Of a stretch of 64,000 nt of DNA, positions 1 to 8,612 are shown in pieces; the first letter of the stretch is position 1, and every line of letters starts with the position of its first letter. The stretch is from Candidatus Omnitrophota bacterium (GTDB lineage Bacteria; Omnitrophota; Omnitrophia; Omnitrophales; Aquincolibacteriaceae). Below the pieces are notes generated by a model. That model saw only the letters and a list, made by a program, of their open reading frames with translations. It was not told the origin of the DNA and made no database searches. The stretch lies in the NCBI GenBank assembly GCA_903856085.1, contig CAIOAT010000012.1, forward strand, positions 39,020-103,019. The letters are read 5' to 3'. The position numbers and the translations under genes were made by a program.

Positions 1-2
1 AA

Positions 3-1025
3 GAGCTTTGGGACCTTCCGGAAGGGACATTCGAGGCTGGACGGATCATGCACACGCTCGGCTATCCTTTTGAGTTCAATCATTTTGGCGGTGGGTTCGT
101 TTACGGTCTGAACGGCCGGCAGGTCGTAGTCGGGATCGCGGCAGGACTGGATTATAGGGATCCCGCGTTTGACTCCCACGCGGCGCTTCAGCTCTATAAA
201 AAGCATCCTTTCATCGCGAAAATCCTCGAAAAAGGAAAACTCCTGCGGTATGGCGCCAAGACGATCCCGGAGGGAGGCCTTTATTCGCTTCCCAAGCTTT
301 ATCATGATGGGGTCATGATTGTTGGGGATTCTGCTGGATTCCTCAGCATGCCGAGTCTCAAGGGCGTCCATCTCGCGATCGAGTCCGGGATGTTGGCTGC
401 GAAGACCGCATTTGAAGCTTTTGGGAAAAATAATTTTTCGGCAAAGCAGCTCAGTCTTTATGAAGAGCTTTTCAAGAAAAGCGCGACGCATCAAACGCTT
501 TCCCGTACCCGTAATTTTCGCGCAGGATTCGGGCACGGCATGATCCTGGGCGCGTTCTATTTTGCGACTCAGATTCTCACCGGGGGACGTGGCATCACGT
601 GGTCGGGGAAGATGAAGACGCATGAGGATGCAGCTTGCTATAAGAAACTCTCGGATGTGAAAACGCCATTCTGCAAAAAGTTTGCGAAAGAGCTCGCTTA
701 CGACAAGAAACTGACGTTTGATAAAGTGACGGATGTCTATTTTTCAGGCTCCAAACACGATGAAGAGCAACCGTGTCATCTGCGGGTGCTGGATCTCAAT
801 CTTTGCCGGGATGTTTGTATTCCAAAATATGGCGGGCCGTGCCAGCATTTTTGTCCTGCCGAGGTTTATGAGATCGTGACGGACCCAAAGACCGGGAAAA
901 AGGACCTCCATCTCCATCCGGCCAATTGCGTGCATTGCAAAACTTGCGACATCAAAGATCCGTTTGGGAACATTGAATGGGCCGTGCCCTACGGGGGCGA
1001 TGGCCCCGAATACGAGAATTTATAG
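3..1025 (+). CDS. Electron transfer flavoprotein:quinone oxidoreductase (ETF-QO / FixC-FixX type), 5'-truncated by the window edge
   Basis: Motifs YGAKTIPEGG, IVGDSAG, KGVHLAIESG; C-terminal 4Fe-4S motifs PCHL, FCPAEVYE, NCVHCKTCDIKDP, GGDGPEY; frame is open back to position 3. Confidence 0.9.
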   Translation, partial: ELWDLPEGTFEAGRIMHTLGYPFEFNHFGGGFVYGLNGRQVVVGIAAGLDYRDPAFDSHAALQLYKKHPFIAKILEKGKLLRYGAKTIPEGGLYSLPKLYHDGVMIVGDSAGFLSMPSLKGVHLAIESGMLAAKTAFEAFGKNNFSAKQLSLYEELFKKSATHQTLSRTRNFRAGFGHGMILGAFYFATQILTGGRGITWSGKMKTHEDAACYKKLSDVKTPFCKKFAKELAYDKKLTFDKVTDVYFSGSKHDEEQPCHLRVLDLNLCRDVCIPKYGGPCQHFCPAEVYEIVTDPKTGKKDLHLHPANCVHCKTCDIKDPFGNIEWAVPYGGDGPEYENL

Positions 1026-1030
1026 CGTCG

Positions 1031-1077
1031 TGCCACGGGCTACGACTCAAGCGCCACGCGGCGCGAGGAGCGTGGGC
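1031..1077. repeat. Heptamer-periodic CACG/CGTG element, copy C1
   Basis: tgccacg ggctacg actcaag cgccacg ... cgaggag cgtgggc. Confidence 0.55.
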
Positions 1078-1106
1078 CGACGGTCGTTTTTAAAATAGAG
1101 GAGAAT

Positions 1107-3074
1107 ATGGGTTTAAAGATCATCACCATCATGAAACAAGTTCCGCTCCCGACCGAAATGCGTATGGGCGCGGACGGGCTTATGGACCGCACCAAGGCGA
1201 AGTCCTCGATCAATGCAGATTGTACGTTTGGTCTGGAGCAGGGGCTGCAGATCAAAAAGCATGTTCCGGACGCGGAACTGATCGTGGTTTCGATGGGGCC
1301 GACAAGTTTTGAGCAGTCGCTCAAAAAAGCCTTGGCCATGGGATACGATCGCGCGGTGCTTCTTTCAGACAGGAAGCTTGGGGGCTCCGACACTTTTGCC
1401 ACCGGTTATGCGATTGCCTCGCTTCTCAAAAAACTTGGGTTCACCAAGGACAGCAAAGATCCCTTCATCATTTTTTCAGGACGGCAGACGACAGACGGGG
1501 ATACAGCGCATGTGCCGTCTCAGACGGCCGAGAATCTCGGTATTCCCCAGGCGACTTTTGTGGAAAAGGTGGAGTTCAAGGGAGACCATTTAAAGGTCCG
1601 TCGCATTATTGAAGGTGGATTCCAGGTTCTCAAAGTTCCTATCCCGTGTCTTATTTCCATTGCCCCGACCGCCACTCCGGCGCGTCGGCCGTCTCTCAAA
1701 GGAGCTATTCGTGCGAAGAGCGCCAAGATCGAGATCTGGACGCTGGATCAAACCGGGGCGGATGCCAGCGTGGTAGGCCTCAATGGGTCACCGACGCTTG
1801 TGTCAAAGGTTGTGGATATTCAAAAAGATCGGCCCCCGGTCAATATGATCTCCGGTCATGAGCCCAAGGATCTTGCGGAGGTTCTTGTCTCCGAGATCGA
1901 AAAGGTCAAGAATTCGAGCGGCGGGGGCCCTGGGGCGCATGCGGAAGCGGACGATGGAAAAGATGTGTCTGGGGAAAAGGCCAAAGTGGATGTGGATTTT
2001 CCAAGAGTGGATTTTCGCAAGGGTGCGCGAGGCATTTTGACCTGGATTGAAATGCACGGTCAAACACCGGCACGGTCATCCCTTGAGATTCTGAATCCTG
2101 CCCGGAAACTAGCGGACCAGCTCCAGACCCAGGTGACTGCGGTTGTGACCGGATATAACATCAAGGATGTGGCGGCTGAGATCATCGCCTATGGCGCCGA
2201 CGAGGTCGTAGTGGTGGATGATCCGCGTCTTAAGGAATACAGAATCCTGCCGGTCGCAGCGGTGTTGGCGCAGTGGATTGAACATAAACGTCCGGAGATA
2301 GCGCTTTTTGGAGCAACGACTTCAGGCCGTGAGCTCGCGCCAAGACTTGCGAGTCGTGTGAAGGCTGGCGTGACCGCGGATTGCACAAGTCTGAAGGTCG
2401 GGGAATATGTGCACCGTATTAAAAAAGCGATCATGTATCCCTGTCTTGAGTCCATCCGACCGACTTATGGTGAAAGTAAGCTTGCGACTATTATCGGGTT
2501 CTGGTGCCCGCAGATGGCGACTGCCCGTGCCGGAACTTTTAAAATATTACCAAAAGATCCAAACCGTAAAGGGACCGTTCGTGAATTTACTCCTACGTTC
2601 AGGGACAGTGATTTCGCGGTAGAGGTGCTTGAAGTCAAGCGTGAGGCGGGCGGCGGCGATAATCTTTTTGTAGCGGATATCATTATTTCTGGGGGACGTC
2701 CGGCCGGCGATCACGACGATTTCAAACTCGTCAAGGATCTCGCAAAGGCTTTGCAGGACCAGGGGATCAACGCGGACTGGGGCGCGAGCCGTCACGCGGT
2801 GGATAACGGTTATGCTCCCTACGCGCGTCAGGTCGGACAAACCGGGAAGACCGTTCGTCCCAAGATCTATATCGCTGTCGCAATCTCCGGGGCTATCCAG
2901 CATCTCGCGGGGATGAAAGAATCTGGTAAGATCATCGCCATCAATCAGGATCCACAGGCTGCAATCTTTCGCCATTCGGATTTCGGCATTGTTCGTGATT
3001 ACCAGGAAGTGCTTCCCGAGCTTATTGCGAAGGTGAAGGCTGGCTTTACCTTCGGACTTACGCCGAGCAAATAG
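1107..3074 (+). CDS. Fused electron transfer flavoprotein beta + alpha subunits (EtfB-EtfA / FixA-FixB)
   Basis: N-terminal half has KQVP, SMGP, GGSDTFAT, GRQTTDGDTAHV (beta). A Gly-rich linker follows. C-terminal half has GVTADCT, QMATAR, SGGR, GASR, QVGQTGKTVRP, ISGAIQHLAGM (alpha). SD GAGGAG. Confidence 0.92.
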   Translation: MGLKIITIMKQVPLPTEMRMGADGLMDRTKAKSSINADCTFGLEQGLQIKKHVPDAELIVVSMGPTSFEQSLKKALAMGYDRAVLLSDRKLGGSDTFATGYAIASLLKKLGFTKDSKDPFIIFSGRQTTDGDTAHVPSQTAENLGIPQATFVEKVEFKGDHLKVRRIIEGGFQVLKVPIPCLISIAPTATPARRPSLKGAIRAKSAKIEIWTLDQTGADASVVGLNGSPTLVSKVVDIQKDRPPVNMISGHEPKDLAEVLVSEIEKVKNSSGGGPGAHAEADDGKDVSGEKAKVDVDFPRVDFRKGARGILTWIEMHGQTPARSSLEILNPARKLADQLQTQVTAVVTGYNIKDVAAEIIAYGADEVVVVDDPRLKEYRILPVAAVLAQWIEHKRPEIALFGATTSGRELAPRLASRVKAGVTADCTSLKVGEYVHRIKKAIMYPCLESIRPTYGESKLATIIGFWCPQMATARAGTFKILPKDPNRKGTVREFTPTFRDSDFAVEVLEVKREAGGGDNLFVADIIISGGRPAGDHDDFKLVKDLAKALQDQGINADWGASRHAVDNGYAPYARQVGQTGKTVRPKIYIAVAISGAIQHLAGMKESGKIIAINQDPQAAIFRHSDFGIVRDYQEVLPELIAKVKAGFTFGLTPSK

Positions 3075-3114
3075 ATTCGCAGTGCGTCGGTCTTCAGAAG
3101 CTTCAGAGTGTCTA

Positions 3115-3143
3115 TTGACGTGGGGACTACTTACAATTAAAAT
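3115..3143 (+). promoter_or_regulatory. Putative sigma70 promoter
   Basis: TTGACG-17 nt-TAAAAT upstream of the family B copy and the CDS at 3284. Confidence 0.5.
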
Positions 3144-3166
3144 TCTCAGGGAATGGTCGATAACGT

Positions 3167-3251
3167 ACCCTGGCTTTGGGTTTCTTTTTCTTGATGGTAG
3201 CCAGGGTTGCCCCAATTTCATCTCGGATGAAATTGAAAGGTTGGGACTAAG
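3167..3251 (+). repeat. Dispersed structured leader element, family B copy 1
   Basis: ACCCTGGCT/AGCCAGGGT stem, then GGGTTGCCC, the hairpin CAATTTCATC-TCG-GATGAAATTG, and TGGGACTAAG; similar to 7784, 35013 and 56587. Confidence 0.7.
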
Positions 3252-3283
3252 GGCGTCATAAAAATTAACAAAGGGGAGGGATT

Positions 3284-3661
3284 ATGTTAAAGAAGATTAT
3301 CAGTATGACAGTGGTTTTGGCTATGTTTATGGCCGTGAGTGGTGTTGCGTATGCCGAGGAGAATAACTCGGACAAGAGTCTGACCCGCGGTGCGGCCTCG
3401 TTAGTGCTGCCGGGTTGGGGACAATACCTGAATAACGAAATGGATAACAAGAGCGGAAAGTTTAAGACCGGCGCTATGATCGTTCTCGAGATCGGCGGCA
3501 TTGTGACCACGATCCTTCTCGGGACGCTTGTAGGCTATCCCGTGATCTGGGTGGGTATTGGGATCCTGATGTTCAACCATATCTGGAGCGCTTCGGATGC
3601 TTACCTGAAGGTCCCCGTGGGCCCTGAAGTGGCGATGAAGGGCGATAAGCTCAATCGTTAA
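3284..3661 (+). CDS. Hypothetical membrane protein with signal peptide
   Basis: SD GGGGAGG; signal peptide ending AYA; SLVLPGWGQY motif; two hydrophobic segments. Confidence 0.8.
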   Translation: MLKKIISMTVVLAMFMAVSGVAYAEENNSDKSLTRGAASLVLPGWGQYLNNEMDNKSGKFKTGAMIVLEIGGIVTTILLGTLVGYPVIWVGIGILMFNHIWSASDAYLKVPVGPEVAMKGDKLNR

Positions 3662-3665
3662 TTCT

Positions 3666-4697
3666 TTGGAAACCGTTCTTTCGTTTAAAAAAGGCAGGCC
3701 GTGGAGACTCTGCGGCCTGCTTTTTTTATATCTGCTATCTTCAGGATTTTCTCTCTCATCCTCCACTTCGGAAGGCCGGTCGTTCCCGCTTCCCGGGAAT
3801 TTTGAAGAAGTTTGGAAGGCTACCCTTGCGACACTGGAAGCCGAAAAAATCCCGCTTGTCACGACCGATAAAGCCCGGGGCTATATCCGGTCTGCAACCT
3901 TTCCTTTGTATTCCAAAGAATATAAACAATGGGCCAAAGCTCCGAGCTTGTCCTCGAGCGGGTTTTGCGCTCTCGAGATCGGTGTCGTAGAAAAGGATCC
4001 GACTATGACGGTCGTGGGCCTTAAGGCCTATTTCAAAAGGAAGACGGGTTTTTCTTCCAAAGGGTTTCGGAGGAGTGACGGGTCCCGTGGTGTGTTCGAA
4101 GGATTCTTAGGCAAGAATATCCACGAGCGGCTTGTGGAAGCGAAGTTTCCGGCCATCAAAAGTGTGATTTTAGGTTGTGACCTTCACTATGACGACAAGA
4201 CGGCGCATTATTTTATTGCAGAAGCTGATGTCTCAACACTTGCTTATGAACAAGGGCTTCGCAATGGGGATGTGCTCATGAAGATCTCAGGGCAGGCGGT
4301 GACGCCCGGAAATCTTTTCGGATTCTTTCTAAATATCCCAGGAGAATCCCTCAAGAAATTCACGGTCCTTCGCGAGGAGGGAGAGCTGGAGCTACCGGTC
4401 AGTATTTTTTTTCTGAACCCCGATGCGCCGCATATGGGATTCCGTGTGGAACGTGATCCTAAAACCCTGAGATTTGCGATTACGGACGTGCGCGCCGGCT
4501 CTCCGGCAGAGCGGGAAGGATTTTTGCCAGGGGATATTCTTCTCAAGCAGAACAGTGTGTTGCTCGATTGCTGGGAGAACTATTACCGGGTGATCCTGGC
4601 TCAAAAGAATGGAGAGCCTCAGATCTTCCAGATCGAACGGAGAGGGAAGCTCCTTGAAAAGAAAATAACTCCCGCTGGGGCTGCAACTCCTTCGTGA
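3666..4697 (+). CDS. PDZ-domain protein (two PDZ-like domains), start uncertain
   Basis: AYEQGLRNGDVLMKISG and GSPAEREGFLPGDILLKQN PDZ signatures; hydrophobic N-terminus; TTG start without a clear SD. Confidence 0.7.
   Translation: METVLSFKKGRPWRLCGLLFLYLLSSGFSLSSSTSEGRSFPLPGNFEEVWKATLATLEAEKIPLVTTDKARGYIRSATFPLYSKEYKQWAKAPSLSSSGFCALEIGVVEKDPTMTVVGLKAYFKRKTGFSSKGFRRSDGSRGVFEGFLGKNIHERLVEAKFPAIKSVILGCDLHYDDKTAHYFIAEADVSTLAYEQGLRNGDVLMKISGQAVTPGNLFGFFLNIPGESLKKFTVLREEGELELPVSIFFLNPDAPHMGFRVERDPKTLRFAITDVRAGSPAEREGFLPGDILLKQNSVLLDCWENYYRVILAQKNGEPQIFQIERRGKLLEKKITPAGAATPS
3687..3727 (+). terminator. Intrinsic terminator (possibly bidirectional)
   Basis: A6-GGCAGGCCGTGGA-gac-TCTGCGGCCTGC-T7. 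Confidence 0.75.
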
Positions 4698-5128
4698 AAG
4701 ATCCCCGTCTCGCTTTGTTTTATTCTGTGATCGCCCCAGGCCTCGGACAGCTTTACCTCGGAGATCGCGCCAAAGGATGGACGCTTTTATGCATGGCGGC
4801 CGGGGTGGTGGTGAGTCTCATCGTCAGCCATACGGTGATGGCATGGTTTTTGATGGGAGGGATCTATTTAGCCGTCATGATTCCCGCAGCTTTGGACGCC
4901 TTTCAAACTGCTGCAGGCCAGCCGCGGACTTTCGCAGGAAATACCATTCCCTATGTGATTCTCATGTTGCTGACGGTCGGTCCGTTCGCGATCCCTCTTT
5001 TGTGGCAGAGCCCGAGATTTTCGAAGACAGCGAAGATCCTTTGGACGATCCTCGTGATCCTGATCGCGTTCTTGGCGATCGCGACCCTGACGTTTATGGC
5101 CTCGTTCTTCGATTCGCTTATGAAATAA
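4694..5128 (+). CDS. Hypothetical membrane protein
   Basis: PGLGQLYLG motif; 4-5 hydrophobic segments; GTGA overlap with the previous stop. Confidence 0.75.
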   Translation: MKDPRLALFYSVIAPGLGQLYLGDRAKGWTLLCMAAGVVVSLIVSHTVMAWFLMGGIYLAVMIPAALDAFQTAAGQPRTFAGNTIPYVILMLLTVGPFAIPLLWQSPRFSKTAKILWTILVILIAFLAIATLTFMASFFDSLMK

Positions 5129-5219
5129 AAACGAGTCTTCGACAGGCTTTGGCCTCGAAAAGATGTTGGGTTCCTTTAAAGGATGCGTGATAAAATATAG
5201 AAAATTTTAAGGAGATTTT

Positions 5220-5714
5220 GTGAATTCTAAGAAACTAATAACGTTTTTCTTTTTAACTTTTTTTCTTATCGGGTCGGGATGTTATGCCCAGGATTCCGAT
5301 TCCTCCTATGTATCGAGCAGTGCCTCCGTTGCATCGTCTCCGACCCAGATTACGCGCCGATGGTCCGATGGCTGGTACCAGGGTGCTTCAGGTTACGACA
5401 GGGCGGTTGAGGAATACAAACGGACCAATCAACCCATGGTCGTTTATATGAGCGTCGGGTGGTGCCCTTATTGCCGTAGGTTCGAAAAAGAGGTGCTTTC
5501 GTCCCCCTCGGTTCAGGCTATGCTGAAGGGCAAGATCAAGGTCAATATCAATCCGGAATCCGGAAGTCGCGAGAACACTATCGCGTCCCAATACGGGATT
5601 CGGGGATATCCGTCTTTCTTTCTCCACCCGCCTCAGCCTGACGGTGCCGTACAGTTTTATACCGGTGTCACCTCTGAGCAATTCGTTGAGTTTTTCAAGC
5701 AAGTCCTCAAGTGA
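5220..5714 (+). CDS. Exported thioredoxin-fold protein
   Basis: Signal peptide; WCPYC; YGIRGYPS cis-Pro loop; SD AAGGAG. Confidence 0.85.
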   Translation: MNSKKLITFFFLTFFLIGSGCYAQDSDSSYVSSSASVASSPTQITRRWSDGWYQGASGYDRAVEEYKRTNQPMVVYMSVGWCPYCRRFEKEVLSSPSVQAMLKGKIKVNINPESGSRENTIASQYGIRGYPSFFLHPPQPDGAVQFYTGVTSEQFVEFFKQVLK

Positions 5715-6484
5715 TCCCGACAGCGCTTTCCATAGCCGGGTCTGATCCTTCGGGCGGGGCCGGCATTCAAGCTGATCTCAAAACTTTCCATCAGCACAAG
5801 GTTTACGGGATGGCGGTAATCACGCTTCTCACAGCCCAGAACACGCGTGGCGTCCAGGCTGTCTATGTAATAAAACCTGCTCAAGTGATGCGTCAACTCG
5901 AAGCCGTGCTTACGGATCTCCCGCCTCAAGCGGCCAAGACGGGTGCTCTGGGCGATGAAAAGGTTCTTCGTGCGGTCGCGAGAGCAGCCAGAAAATTCCG
6001 GTTTCCTCTTGTGGTCGATCCGGTGATGGTGAGTAAACACGGTGCGCCGCTTCTCAAACAAAGTGCCATTCGTATTTTCATCAAAGAGCTTCTACCCCAT
6101 GCTGTTTTGGTTACGCCAAATCTTTGTGAAGCTCAAGTGCTGAGCGGAACCACAGTTTGCGATCTCGAGTCCATGGAAAAAGCTGCGCGGATCATTGCAG
6201 GGCTTGGTTCTCAAGCGGTGCTTGTCAAAGGCGGTCATCTTCGAGGGGAAGCTGTGGACCTTTTTTATCAGAGCGGGCGGATCCGTCTCCTCAAAGCTCC
6301 GCGGATCAGGACACGGCATACGCATGGGACCGGCTGCACTTATTCTGCGGCCATCACCGCCGAACTGGCTAAAGGGCAGGATCTTTTTTCGGCGATCACG
6401 AGCGCCAAAAAGTTCATTACCCGTGCCATTCGCACAAGTCCCGGTCTTGGGCATGGCATGGGCCCCGTGAATCATTTTTCCTGA
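5711..6484 (+). CDS. thiD: Hydroxymethylpyrimidine/phosphomethylpyrimidine kinase
   Basis: IAGSDPSGGAGIQADLKT, VVDPVM, VTPNL, KGGHL, THGTGCT. Confidence 0.95.
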   Translation: MIPTALSIAGSDPSGGAGIQADLKTFHQHKVYGMAVITLLTAQNTRGVQAVYVIKPAQVMRQLEAVLTDLPPQAAKTGALGDEKVLRAVARAARKFRFPLVVDPVMVSKHGAPLLKQSAIRIFIKELLPHAVLVTPNLCEAQVLSGTTVCDLESMEKAARIIAGLGSQAVLVKGGHLRGEAVDLFYQSGRIRLLKAPRIRTRHTHGTGCTYSAAITAELAKGQDLFSAITSAKKFITRAIRTSPGLGHGMGPVNHFS

Positions 6485-6567
6485 CGCGTCTTCCAATAAA
6501 AGATTGTTTTTAAAAGATTCCGCGTTCGGATATAATTCCCTCCTCAAACTGAGCGAAGGAGCAAAAC

Positions 6568-7164
6568 ATGATCTGTTGTCTTGATCTGGAAGGTGTGTTG
6601 ATCCCTGAGATATGGATCAACGTGGCGAAGGAGACCGGCATCAAAGCACTGGAGATCACCACGCGCGATGAGCCCGATTACGATAAGCTCATGCGCTACC
6701 GGCTTGCAATCTTGAAGAACGAGGGGATCAAGCTCCGCGACATCCAGGCTGTGATCAAGCGCATGAATCCGCTCCCGGGCGCGAAGGAGTTCTTAAGAAA
6801 GCTGCAGGAGAAATATCAGGTCATCATTCTTTCCGATACTTATTATGAGTTCGCCGGGCCGATGATGAAGAAGCTCGGATATCCGACCCTTTTTTGCAAC
6901 TGGCTTTCGACGGATAAAAAGGGTTTTATTTCGAATTATCATCTGCGACAGAAGAACGGCAAGAAAGAAGCCGTGCAAGGGCTTAAAAGTCTTGGATTTA
7001 GAGTCGTCGCTGCGGGGGATTCCTATAATGACATCGCCATGCTCCGGGCTGCTGACCGTGGAATTTTGTTCCGTCCCCCTGCGAAGATCGTCCGTCAATT
7101 TCCCCAGCTCAAGGTCACGACCACCTACTCGCAGCTCCTCGCCGCGTTCCTCAAGAACGCCTGA
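6568..7164 (+). CDS. thrH: Phosphoserine phosphatase / homoserine phosphotransferase (HAD)
   Basis: CLDLEGVLIPEIWI, TTRDEPDYD, ILSDTYYEF, AAGDSYND. Confidence 0.92.
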   Translation: MICCLDLEGVLIPEIWINVAKETGIKALEITTRDEPDYDKLMRYRLAILKNEGIKLRDIQAVIKRMNPLPGAKEFLRKLQEKYQVIILSDTYYEFAGPMMKKLGYPTLFCNWLSTDKKGFISNYHLRQKNGKKEAVQGLKSLGFRVVAAGDSYNDIAMLRAADRGILFRPPAKIVRQFPQLKVTTTYSQLLAAFLKNA

Positions 7165-7280
7165 AAAACAAAACCCAATCACTGCAGAAAACCGACAACA
7201 ATAAACAGGCCTGGAGCAGCAGACTGCTTATTGACTATAGGTGATATCCTAGGGAAGGCTATCGGCTATGAGCTAGGGTT

Positions 7281-7670
7281 TTAGAGGTTTGCCCGGATTT
7301 TCGCGGCAGTCGATGCAAGCTCTTCCTGCGGCATGGGTTTTGCGCGTGCGAAATTCAAGTCGCTGACACCATCGATTGGGATGAGGTGGATATGGGCGTG
7401 AGGGACTTCGATCCCGGCAACCATGATGCCGACTTTCTGGCAGGGAACGGTTTGCTTGATAGCTTTGGCGACCTTTTTGGCGAATATCATAAGCCCCTTC
7501 AGCAGTTCATCCTCGATGTCAAAGATGTAATCGATTTCTTGCTTTGGGATTACGAGCGTGTGGCCTGGATTTACGGGACGAATATCGAGGAATGCGAGAT
7601 AGCGGTCATTCTCAAGGATCTTGTGGGCGGGGATCTCGCCCGCGAGGATCTTGGTAAAAATAGTTGGCAT
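7281..7670 (-). CDS. HIT family nucleotide hydrolase
   Basis: MPTIFTKI, AFLDIRP, GHTLVIPK, EVPHAHIHLIP triad; SD GGAG before the ATG at 7670. Confidence 0.92.
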   Translation of the reverse strand: MPTIFTKILAGEIPAHKILENDRYLAFLDIRPVNPGHTLVIPKQEIDYIFDIEDELLKGLMIFAKKVAKAIKQTVPCQKVGIMVAGIEVPHAHIHLIPIDGVSDLNFARAKPMPQEELASTAAKIRANL

Positions 7671-7783
7671 AGGACTCTCCTGTCGGTGTGGAAATAGCTT
7701 CTTCAAAGCGGCATTATTCTACCCCGCTTTTTTGAGAGCGGGATAGTTTTTTTGTAAGAATACGGTACAATATCCTGTGCGAT

Positions 7784-7882
7784 GCTTCTATCCTTGATTT
7801 TAATTTATTCTGGATAAACGGGAACGGCAGTCAGGGCAACCCGAATCTCAGCTTTGCTTCGACTGATTGAAATTGAGACTAA
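7784..7882 (+). repeat. Family B copy 3 (divergent)
   Basis: Shares GCTTCTATCCTTG (13 nt) and AATTGAGACTAA (12 nt) with copy 2; CAGGG-CAA-CCC; CCTTGATT/AGTCAGGG stem. Confidence 0.55.
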
Positions 7883-7898
7883 AAACAGGGGGTTCAAG

Positions 7899-8243
7899 AT
7901 GGTCGATGAAAATAAAAATACGGTTCTCGGTGTGACGGAAAATATCGAAGCGCTTCTTTGCTACGCGCTGGGGTGGGTGACGGGGCTTGTTTTCCTGTTG
8001 CTTGAGCAAAAAAACGAGTTCGTGCGTTTTCACGCGCTTCAGTCGCTTGTCACATTCCTCGCTCTTTTTATCCTCTCCGCGGTGGTAGGGTTCATTCCGT
8101 TCCTGGGGATTCTGGTGGGGTTGGTGCTCTGGCCTTTGGGAGTGGTTCTTTGGATCGTTTTGATGGTGAAGGCTTATAAAGGGGAGCGCTACAAACTGCC
8201 CGTGATCGGTGATTTCGTCGAACAGCAACTCGCAAAAAAGTAA
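7899..8243 (+). CDS. DUF4870-like small membrane protein
   Basis: ALLCYALG, FVRFHALQS, KAYKGERYKLPVIG. Confidence 0.85.
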   Translation: MVDENKNTVLGVTENIEALLCYALGWVTGLVFLLLEQKNEFVRFHALQSLVTFLALFILSAVVGFIPFLGILVGLVLWPLGVVLWIVLMVKAYKGERYKLPVIGDFVEQQLAKK

Positions 8244-8249
8244 CCTTCT

Positions 8250-8293
8250 GGGGCCACGACCCACGTCATGTGCCGTGGTGCGTGGCCCTTTTT
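8250..8293 (+). repeat. Heptamer-periodic hairpin C2, possibly also a terminator
   Basis: ggccacg acccacg tcatgtgc cgtggtg cgtggcc followed by cttttt. Confidence 0.65.
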
Positions 8294-8300
8294 CTCTCTC

Positions 8301-8612
8301 ATGAATGCCTTCCAATGTCAGCGTTGCGGCGCATGTTGCCGCCAACCCGGTTTTGTCTATCTGAAGGAAGGAGATGCCGAGCGTCTTGCCGCGCATCTTG
8401 CGATGGATATTTACCAATTTACTGGGACACATTGTCTTCTCATGGACCGGCAACATCTCGTGCTTAAAAAACTTTCGGACGAGACGTGTTGCTTTTTTGG
8501 GGCCCAAGGTTGCTCGGTCTATGAAGCGAGACCCGCTCAATGTCGAGAGTTTCCCTTGAAATGGAAAACGGAGAGAAGTTTGAATTATTGCGAGGGTTTG
8601 AAGAAAGTTTAG
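8301..8612 (+). CDS. YkgJ-family cysteine-cluster (Zn/Fe-chelating) protein
   Basis: FQCQRCGACC, CCFF, CSVYEARPAQCREFP. Confidence 0.88.
   Translation: MNAFQCQRCGACCRQPGFVYLKEGDAERLAAHLAMDIYQFTGTHCLLMDRQHLVLKKLSDETCCFFGAQGCSVYEARPAQCREFPLKWKTERSLNYCEGLKKV

Noticed and set aside
3150-3212. c-di-GMP-I riboswitch (ATGGTAGCCAGGGTTGCC resembles its 3' end; similar at 7824-7842)
   Set aside because: No GGCAAA...GAAA...GACGCAAA 5' half and no CTAA receptor inside the stem
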